DNA from: Candidatus Latescibacterota bacterium
Lineage (GTDB): Bacteria > Latescibacterota > UBA2968 > UBA8231
Direction: 5' to 3'
DNA length: 24,733 nucleotides
NCBI GenBank assembly: GCA_965205655.1
Contig: CBDBIJ010000146.1
Span: forward strand, 1 to 24,733
A program made the translations under genes and the position numbers. Positions 1 through 7,438 of this stretch are shown here, piece by piece (within the stretch, counting starts at the first letter, position 1; the number at the start of each line of letters is the position of its first letter). The notes beneath the pieces are model-generated. The model made no database searches and was not told where the DNA came from. It saw only the letters and a program-made list of their open reading frames with translations.

Positions 1-297
1 GAGCGTCAGGCTGCGCGTCTTCTCCTTCTCCCGGGCCAGCACGGATGGCAGCTCCGCCAGGCTCAGCCGCTGCCGGTTGAGCTCGAGCCTCCCACCGCGG
101 TCGACGGAGGCCACCAGCTTCTTCTCCTCCACTATCGTCGACTCTCGCGCCTGGGGTAACTCCACCTTCAGAGTGTGAGGTTGCTTGAAGACGGTGGTGA
201 CCATGAAGAAGATCAGCAGCAGAAACACGCAGTCGATCATCGGCGTGATGTTGAGCCGCTCGCCCTCCAGATCTTCTTCTATTGTCGTGCGCTCCAT
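1..297 (-). CDS. exbD: ExbD/TolR family biopolymer transporter, second copy (3' end runs off the window edge)
   Basis: Not in the ORF track. Manual translation from ATG at 297, immediately after the TAG of the upstream exbD: MERTTIEEDLEGERLNITPMIDCVFLLLIFFMVTTVFKQPHTLKVELPQARES... It has the canonical ExbD/TolR TM motif with the conserved Asp and is open to position 1. Confidence 0.93.
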   Translation of the reverse strand, partial: MERTTIEEDLEGERLNITPMIDCVFLLLIFFMVTTVFKQPHTLKVELPQARESTIVEEKKLVASVDRGGRLELNRQRLSLAELPSVLAREKEKTRSLTL

Positions 298-717
298 CTA
301 GACCCCGCCCTCTTCCTTGGCAAAGGCGATGCCGGTGACATCCGCCTCCTTGGCGGCGTCCACGACGAGCACGACGTGTTCCTGAGCGCAGTCGGGATGT
401 CCCTGGATGATGATGTTCTCGTTGTTCGCCTCTTTCATGGCCCGCTTGAGCCGCGGCACGAGTCCGGCGGCGACCACGTCCTCGCCGCCGATCTGGATGC
501 GCCCCTGCGCGTCGATGTGGATGTTGACATCCTTCTTCTGCTGCTCCGTCGCCTCACTCTTGGCCGGCATATCCACGTCGAGCCCTTTTGCGTGGATGAA
601 GACGGTAGTGACCATGAAGAAGATCAACAGCAGGAAGACGCAGTCGATCAGCGGCGTCAGGTCGGGGTCGCCCTCCTCGGACAGCTCCCGGCGGATCCGA
701 TGGTGGACCAGCGCCAT
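298..717 (-). CDS. exbD: ExbD/TolR family biopolymer transporter
   Basis: PDLTPLIDCVFLLLIFFMVTTVF transmembrane motif with the conserved Asp, followed by a periplasmic domain ending ...VVLVVDAAKEADVTGIAF. The start overlaps the exbB stop (TGATG). Confidence 0.95.
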   Translation of the reverse strand: MALVHHRIRRELSEEGDPDLTPLIDCVFLLLIFFMVTTVFIHAKGLDVDMPAKSEATEQQKKDVNIHIDAQGRIQIGGEDVVAAGLVPRLKRAMKEANNENIIIQGHPDCAQEHVVLVVDAAKEADVTGIAFAKEEGGV

Positions 718-1463
718 CAGCTGCTCGCCTGCTCGTCGAGCTGTTTCTGCCCGACGACGAGGAGGCTGTTGACGAATGCCAGCCCGTACACCTCCAGCTG
801 GCCGCGAAAATGATCTGCCCGTCGCGCCAGGTAGCGGTAGACGACGATGGAGGGGATGGCGATGGCCAGGCCCGTAGCGGTGGTGACGAGCGCCACCGAG
901 ATGCCGCCGGCCACTACCTTGGGGTCGCCGGTGCCGGCGACGGCTATCGCCTCGAAGGAGGTGATCATGCCCAGGATCGTGCCGAAGAGTCCCAGCAGCG
1001 GCGTGATGTTGCCGATGGTGTTGATCACGACGAGGTGGCGGCTGAGAAAGGCCTTGCCGGCCTCGTCGGTCTCGAGGACGAGCTCGTCTTTGAGGTCGCC
1101 CAGCGACTTCAGTTTCAGCATGAAGTTGGACAGCGCTCCGGCGCCTGCCTGCTCCGACAATTGCGTTAGCTGCTGTTCCGTCCCCTGCATCTCGCGTCGC
1201 TCGAGCATGAGGGTGTCGAAGCGCTTGAGCAGCGAGGCGAAGATGTAGGTGAGCGGGCCGTTGCGCTCGCGGCAGTATTCGGCGACGGCTGCTTCACCTC
1301 TATCGACGAGGCATCTCTCTGCCTCTTCGAGGGTCCTCTGGGACTCCTCTGCGTCGGGCATATGGGCCATGACCCAGAGCCGTTCGAGGGCGTAGCCCAG
1401 CGCTGCCAGAGCACATAGCCCCAAAGGGATCATCAGGATGCCGCCCGATACCAGCGTTTCCAT
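717..1463 (-). CDS. exbB: MotA/TolQ/ExbB proton channel family protein
   Basis: N-terminal GGILMIPLGLCALAALGYALER, then TPLLGLFGTILGMITSFEAI and VVAGGISVALVTTATGLAIAIP. Start placed at ATG 1463 because AGGAG (1471-1475, minus strand) lies 7 nt upstream; the track start at 1526 is probably too long. Confidence 0.93.
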   Translation of the reverse strand: METLVSGGILMIPLGLCALAALGYALERLWVMAHMPDAEESQRTLEEAERCLVDRGEAAVAEYCRERNGPLTYIFASLLKRFDTLMLERREMQGTEQQLTQLSEQAGAGALSNFMLKLKSLGDLKDELVLETDEAGKAFLSRHLVVINTIGNITPLLGLFGTILGMITSFEAIAVAGTGDPKVVAGGISVALVTTATGLAIAIPSIVVYRYLARRADHFRGQLEVYGLAFVNSLLVVGQKQLDEQASS

Positions 1464-1668
1464 CGTCATTCTCCTGTCAACACGGTTGTTTTCACCCGCC
1501 TGTTTCTGAATCTCACGCTGCTGCAAGGGCGCAATATAAAGCCCTTTTCAAGCTGTGACCAATACTTTATTTTGCTGCGTCGGCCTGCGGCTCGCTTGAC
1601 TTGCTGATTCGTAGAAACCAAACTACCCCGGCGTACTGACTCAAGAGACTGCATCGGGTACGAACTCT
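1464..1668. promoter_or_regulatory. Divergent promoter region between exbB and the large plus-strand operon
   Basis: AT-richer non-coding gap between divergent genes. Minus strand: TTGGTC-N18-TATATT (1562 to 1533). Plus strand: TTGACT (1596-1601)-N17-CAAACT (1619-1624), a weak -10. Inverted repeat AAGGGC (1525-1530) / GCCCTT (1541-1546). Confidence 0.45.
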
Positions 1669-4600
1669 ATGGCTCCTTGGCTCATTATCACCGCCCTCAC
1701 CGGGCTCGTGATCGGTTCGCACTTCGTTCCCACACCTGACGAAGTGCAGGCCTCCTTCAAGCAGGCGCAAAGGTTCTACGCCGCCGAGGACTACGAGCAG
1801 GCGATAGAGACCTACGAGCGCATCAACCGGATCGAGAGCCCTCTTCTCTTCAGCTCAGAGATCACGACAGCGGTCGGGGAAATCCACGGTCCGATCCGGG
1901 AAATCGCCTTGTATCAGACCGGCAACAGCTATCTGAAAGACGCCCAGGAGAAGAAAGAGCTGGCGGCGCGCAGCCGGGATCCGCGGGCGCACCGAACGCT
2001 ACCGGGAACAGGCAACCGCCAATTTCGCTCAAGCGGCCACCTATTTTCGCCGCACCGAGTCGGAGTCGCTCACGCCAGGGCTTTCGGACCTCGCCCGCAA
2101 CCGGTTGGTCACCTGCCTCTACGAGAGTGGCGCTTACGACGAGACGGTCGAAGAGGGCCGGGTTTTCCTCGAGAAATACCCCGACAGCGGCTTCCGGGTA
2201 AACGTGCTCTACAATGTTGCCTGGGCCTACTTCGACGCCGAGCGCTATGCCGAAAGCATCGAAGCGTTCGAGAACCTCCAGCTCCATTTTTCCCACCGGA
2301 TACCGCGCTGATCGAGCTCAGTTCCAGATAGGCGAGGCCTACTTCAAGCAGGAACGCTATGCGGAAGCTGTCCCCGCCTACCAGAAGGTGGTCGACCGCC
2401 AGAACATCGGCCAGCTGAGCGAGCGCGAGCTGCTCAAGATGCGGCGCGAGAAGATGGCCGGCCTAGTCGACGAGACGGCCATCGAATTGGCGGCCAAGGC
2501 GCAGATCAAAATAGGCGACAGCCACGCCCGCAATGGCGACTCGGAGGCCGCGGCACAGGCCTATCGCAAAGTGATCGCCGCCTTTGCCCAGGAAAAGCGC
2601 CTGGTCTCTGAGGCGTATATCCGCCTGACCAAAATCTATACAGAAGCGGGAGACCGGGAGGGCGCCGTGCGCGCCTACCGCGAGGCCATCGACGGCAGCC
2701 AGGACCGGATTTTCCAGGCCGGCATGCAGTCTCTGCTGGCCCAATACCATTACGACAGCGGCGACTATCAGCAGGCCATTGCCGAGTACCGCCTCTACCT
2801 CGACGCCTACGGCGACGTGGCGGCGGCGGCTGGTCTCGCGGAGCCGTGGGCGCGCTATAAAATCGGCCGGGCCCATTTTGAAACGGCCGGACTCGAGGGG
2901 CCTGGCCCAGCGACCGGAGAGCGCCAGGGCCTCGTTTCTGAAGGCAATCGAGGTCTACGAGTCGATCGAACGGGACTATCCCCACGGCGAGCTGGCGGCG
3001 GCGGCGGTGCCGTTCAACATCGGCCTCTGCCACCAGCTGATTGGCGGCGAAGGAGCTGCGGTCTCCACGACCTGGGCGCTGGAGCGCTTCGAGGCCATCG
3101 TCGAGGATGGGATAGAGCGGGACTACGTGCGCAGCGCCCTCTTCCAGATCGGACGGATTCGCTTTGAGCGCGGCGACTATCGACCGGCCATCGAAGCCTA
3201 TGAGCAGATCCTGGAGGAATTCCCCGAAGACCCGCAGCTGCCCGGCGCCCAGTTCGAGCTGGCACTCTGCCACCGGGATCTGGGAGAGACAGCGACGGCT
3301 GTCACGACGTTTGACGGCATCGATTCGCAGTCGGAGCTGTTTGCCAAGGCCATGCTGGAGGCCAGCAAACCTGCTGGCAGCCGAGGGCGACCATGCGGCC
3401 GCCATCCAGGCGTTGGACCGGGGCCTGGCAAGTGTTAGTGCCGCGGCCGAACGGGCTCGGTTCTTCTATATGAAGGGCCGCACCCTGATCGAAATAGCCG
3501 ATTTCGAGGGCGCCGTCGGGGCGCTCAGTCAAGCCATCGACCTCACTGAGGATGACGTCGTTCGCGAGGGCGCCCTCTACGGTCGAGGTGTGAGCCTGCT
3601 CAAGCTCAGGCGCCTACCCGAAGCGGCCTCAGATCTGCAGGAGTTGGTGGACGGCGAAAACCCCGAGATGGCCGCTTCTGCCCCGCCGCATGCTGGGCCT
3701 CGTCCATCTCGAGATGGGGCGCGAGGAGGAGGCCATAGCGGATTACGAGTCGCTGGCGGCGGCCGCTGCATCCGAGCAGGAGCGCGCCGAACACCTGGCG
3801 GTCCTGGCGGAGCTCCACTACAGCATGGGGAATCTGGAGCTCCTCGAGTCGCTGTGTCGCGAGCTCATCTCCGCAGACATTCCCGACGAGCGCGGCGACC
3901 AGCCCTACACCCCGAAGGAGAAGGCCTACTTTCTACTCGGGGACGGCTACGGTCAGCAGAAGAACCTCGACGGCCTCGTGGCTACTTATCGCGAAGCGCT
4001 GGACAAATACCCCGACTCCTACTACGCCGGCGACATGCGCTTTGCCCTTGGTCAGGCGCTGTTCGACAGTGGCGATCTCGTCGGCGCGAGCGAGGTCCTC
4101 GAGTCCTATCTGCAGGGCGCACGAGAGACACTCCAACCGGCCGTACGGCTACTACTATCTTGGCTACGCTGTGTTCAACCTGACCCGCTTCGAGAGGGCG
4201 GCGCTCGTCTTCGGCGAGTTGGCCACGACTTACCCCGGCAGCGAGTTGGCGCCGGATGCGCTCTTTCGCGCTGGTGAGGCGGAGTACAATCTGGGCCGTT
4301 TCGACGTAGCGATGGACTCCTATCAGCGTCTTCTCGACGAATACCCCGCCGTCGATCTGGCGGACGACGCACTCTACAACAAGGCATGGTCACTGCTCAA
4401 CCTGGAGCGGGAAAAAGAGGCACTGGCAGGTTTCGCGCGACTTTCTTCCGAGTATTCTGAGAGTCCTCTTGCCGCCAACGCCCAGTTCACCATAGGCGAC
4501 TTCTTATATAATGAGAAGCGCTACGCCGAGGCTCTCGACGCCTACGAGGTAGTGCTGAAGCGCTTTCCCGACAGCAAAGTGGCTCAGAAAGTGCCGCCGC

Positions 4601-4932
4601 TGCTGGAGGATCTGCGCGAGGTCGTGGCCTATCAGACCTACGCCGACGTGGAAGCCGTCTTCGTAAAGGCGCTGGAGGCGCAGGACCCGGACCAGTTCCG
4701 CCAGGCCATAGAGGGGTTCGAAGGAATCGTGGATACGTATCCGGGCACCGAAAGCGAGATCGGGGCGCTCAGCAACATGGGTGTGTGCTACGAGTCCCTG
4801 GGCAATTGGAAGAAGGCTGTCGAAGCCTACGATCTGGTTCTGAGCCGCTTCGAAGGTGAGGCGGCCGAGCAGGTCGAGGCCTATCGCTTCGCTCGCATGC
4901 ACAAGGAATGGATCGAAACCACCCGCCTTTAG
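1669..4932 (+). CDS. Large periplasmic tetratricopeptide-repeat protein (CpoB/BamD-like TPR repeats), about 1085 aa after correcting six apparent +1 frameshifts
   Basis: N-terminal hydrophobic segment MAPWLIITALTGLVIG. TPR-like sequence continues across successive frames (FLEKYPDSGFRVNVLYNVAWAYF; AQFQIGEAYFKQERYAEAVPAYQKV; ALFQIGRIRFERGDYRPAIEAYEQILEEFPED; YPGSELAPDALFRAGEAEYNLGRF). Removing one base from each of six homopolymer runs (1985-87, 2287-91, 2897-2900, 3367-69, 3681-84, 4115-17) joins these into one 3258-nt ORF. Confidence 0.85.
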
Positions 4933-4948
4933 GCGGCTGGGAGAAATT

Positions 4949-6184
4949 TTGACGGATCGGCCCCCAACATCACGGCGGTTTTCTACACCGACGGACTTCC
5001 TGCGGCTGGAAGAGCTGGTGCGGCTGCAGCGACGGCTGACCTACACCGCCGGCGCTGTCGCCTTCGTGCTCCTGATGCTGCCTCTCGGCTACCTCGCCCT
5101 GCGCGACGTCGAGAAGAAAGCCCCCAAGCCGCCGGTGATGCACCTGGTGGTACGCAAGCCGCGCATGACCAAGCCGTTCGAGTTCCAGAAACGTAAGATG
5201 CCGAAGCGGCAGATGACTCGCGAGGTGCGAGCGGCCAAACCCCAGATCGCCCATCGGCCGCAAATCCGCCGGCCCGATCTGGTCGGAAAGATCCAGACCT
5301 TCCAGTTCGGCGTCGACACCGGTGCCGATCTGGGGCTGGAAGTCGTGCAGCCCGACATCAAGCGAGTTGCCATTGAGAGCCCCAAAGAGCCGAGTAAGCG
5401 GATAAGCATGCAGGAGGAGTTCCTCGATCTGGAGGCGCTCGATATCGGCCGCTACAAAGGCCTCGTCATCCAGGATCCGGCAGACAAGCAGAATATCACC
5501 GGCTTCGTCTATCTCGCCCTGGCCTGGGGTAACGATCTCAAGCCCTCCACACAGCGGGCCATCCACGAGCTCGTCGAGGCGATCAACAATTTCACCGATA
5601 TTCGCGCCGAGGTGGACGACCACCTCCTTCTCGACTCCCGCAAGATCTTCCGGGCGCCTTTCGTATACATCACGGCGGAGCAGGCCTTCGAGCCGACGGA
5701 ACGGGAAGTCGCCAACCTGGGGGAATACTTGCGCCAGGGGGGCTTCGCCTTCGTGGAGGCGATGAAGGAGCCCCGGACGCGTTTCGGATCCGTGGCGATC
5801 GAGTACACTCCGTCGGAGGCGTCGCTGCGGGAATTGCTGAAGAGTTCCCTCGGACGTGACGCGCGCTTCCGCGTGCTGCCAAAGGACCATCCGCTCTATC
5901 ACTGCTTTTACGACTTCGACGACGGCCCGCCCCCGCAGCGAACACACGATATCGTCCAGTTTGCCCGGGACTACAGCACTGAAAGACCGTTTCTGGAGGG
6001 GATTTACCTAGGAGATCGACTCGTCGTCGTGTTCTCGAACAAGGAGTACGGCCGGGCTTGGGAAAAGGAATTCCGCAATGAGCCGCAGCTGCAAATCGGG
6101 GTCAACCTGGTCGTTTTCTCCATGACCCAAAAGGGGTCCATCGCCCAGCAGCAGATCGATTTTTACACGGAGAAGACCAAGTGA
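4949..6184 (+). CDS. Membrane-anchored DUF4159 domain-containing protein with a Lys/Pro/Arg-rich linker
   Basis: TTG at 4949 with GGAG 5 nt upstream, just after the TPR gene stop. One TM segment (AGAVAFVLLMLPLGYLAL). The C-terminal region matches the DUF4159 pattern as I recall it (PFVYIT...EVANLGEYLRQGGFAFVE...LPKDHPLYHCFYDF...LEGIYLGDRLVVVFS...QIGVNLVVFSMT). Confidence 0.8.
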   Translation: MTDRPPTSRRFSTPTDFLRLEELVRLQRRLTYTAGAVAFVLLMLPLGYLALRDVEKKAPKPPVMHLVVRKPRMTKPFEFQKRKMPKRQMTREVRAAKPQIAHRPQIRRPDLVGKIQTFQFGVDTGADLGLEVVQPDIKRVAIESPKEPSKRISMQEEFLDLEALDIGRYKGLVIQDPADKQNITGFVYLALAWGNDLKPSTQRAIHELVEAINNFTDIRAEVDDHLLLDSRKIFRAPFVYITAEQAFEPTEREVANLGEYLRQGGFAFVEAMKEPRTRFGSVAIEYTPSEASLRELLKSSLGRDARFRVLPKDHPLYHCFYDFDDGPPPQRTHDIVQFARDYSTERPFLEGIYLGDRLVVVFSNKEYGRAWEKEFRNEPQLQIGVNLVVFSMTQKGSIAQQQIDFYTEKTK

Positions 6185-7428
6185 GGCGTTTTCGATTTCG
6201 GAGACCTATCAAGGGCTCGTGGAGCCTGCCCAGAGAGCTGGCGGTGGTCCTCGTGTGCGGGGTGACAGCCGGCTGTTTCCTCTTCCCCACGGCCATCAAG
6301 CGCGAGACCATCCTGACGCCGGTGGGAGGGGTGGGAGAGCTCTCCAGCGATGAGGAGCAGTACACCGTCCAGGAGAACGGCAACCTGTCCTGGGAGCTAT
6401 CTGGATTGCGGGTCGAGGTGGAGCATATGACCGACGAAAAACTCAACCATCTCTTCCCCGACGAATCGTCGCGTGGCAAATACTCGGCCAACCCCTACAC
6501 CTACGGCAACTGGATCGACACGCGGCTGGGCTACACGCCGAATCGATTCACCGTATTCAAAGTGAGTGTGTACAACCGCACATTCCCAAAGGTCTTGCTC
6601 AATCCCCTCGAAGTCGCACTCGAGACCGACCAGGGCCAGTTCCTATGGACTTATGGAATCACATCAGCCTCACCGCACGAGAATTTCGAGAACTACTACC
6701 GTTCCAGGCGCGGCCAGAGCGGCAACGAGTTCTATCGCTTCGAGCTGCGCATGGGGATGGTTCGCAGCTTCAACTATGAGTTGGACCAGCCCATTTTCAA
6801 GGGGGAGAACTACGGCGGCTATATCGTCTTCGATCCGGTGTACGCCGAAACCGAAAAGGTCGTTCTGTCCCTGAAGAACTTCGTGTTGCGCTTCGGCGCC
6901 TTCGACACGCCGGTGGAAACGCGGGATTTGCGTTTCGAGTTTGCGCACAGTGTGGAGGACCGGCAGATGGAGGACCTCATGGCCGGAGCCAGGGCGGAGG
7001 GAGCGTTGATGGTCTCTGAGAGCGGTCCCAGCCAGATCCATGGGAATCTGCCTGGGGACCGGACCCGCGATGCGGCTGCCATCCGGGCCACGGTGCAGCA
7101 ACGGCTGGCGGCGATCGATCGTTGCTTTGCCGAGCCGTTCGACAATGGCGAAGCCAGCGAGGGCCGCGTGGTGGTCCGTTTCACCATCGGGGTGGGCGGG
7201 GCCATCACCGACGTTTCCGTCACCGAGACGACGGTTGCAAGCGAAGACGTGGGCGACTGCATGGCTCGGGAGGTCGAGCAGTGGGGTTTCCGGCCCGTCG
7301 AAGTTGCCATCGCGCCGCAGACTGTCGATCCGGACGACCCCGGCGGTGCCCGCCGGCGGGCACCGCCGCCAAGGCCCTTGCCGGTCGTGGTGACCTACCC
7401 GTTCGAGTTCGCCGTGGCTTCGCAATAG
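6181..7428 (+). CDS. Probable lipoprotein with a C-terminal TonB-C-like AgmX/PglI-type domain
   Basis: GTG overlaps the upstream TGA. Lipobox-like VVLVCGVTAG-C (Cys codon 6274-6276). C-terminus AIRATVQQRLAAIDRCF...EGRVVVRFTIGVGGAITDVSV...VGDCMAREVEQWGF...VVVTYPFEF fits the AgmX/PglI C-terminal (TonB-C-like) pattern with its two Cys. Confidence 0.75.
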   Translation: MRRFRFRRPIKGSWSLPRELAVVLVCGVTAGCFLFPTAIKRETILTPVGGVGELSSDEEQYTVQENGNLSWELSGLRVEVEHMTDEKLNHLFPDESSRGKYSANPYTYGNWIDTRLGYTPNRFTVFKVSVYNRTFPKVLLNPLEVALETDQGQFLWTYGITSASPHENFENYYRSRRGQSGNEFYRFELRMGMVRSFNYELDQPIFKGENYGGYIVFDPVYAETEKVVLSLKNFVLRFGAFDTPVETRDLRFEFAHSVEDRQMEDLMAGARAEGALMVSESGPSQIHGNLPGDRTRDAAAIRATVQQRLAAIDRCFAEPFDNGEASEGRVVVRFTIGVGGAITDVSVTETTVASEDVGDCMAREVEQWGFRPVEVAIAPQTVDPDDPGGARRRAPPPRPLPVVVTYPFEFAVASQ

Positions 7429-7438
7429 AGAAAGCGCA

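Noticed and set aside
175..813. Plus-strand ORF with an apparent internal repeat (DHEEDQQQ twice)
   Set aside because: The repeat is simply the antisense reading of the two exbD TM segments.
1464..1526. N-terminal extension of exbB given by the track
   Set aside because: AGGAG is correctly spaced for ATG 1463, and the extension lies in the probable leader region.
1669..4932. Treating the track ORFs 1669-2331, 2105-2311, 2214-3167, 2779-3438, 3164-4183, 3690-4277 and 4042-4932 as separate genes, or as programmed ribosomal frameshifting
   Set aside because: TPR sequence runs seamlessly across the junctions once one base is removed at each. The sites are different short homopolymers with no shared slippery heptamer.
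4856..4948. Upstream start for the DUF4159 gene given by the track
   Set aside because: It overlaps the TPR gene by 77 nt. TTG at 4949 has an RBS and follows the TPR stop.
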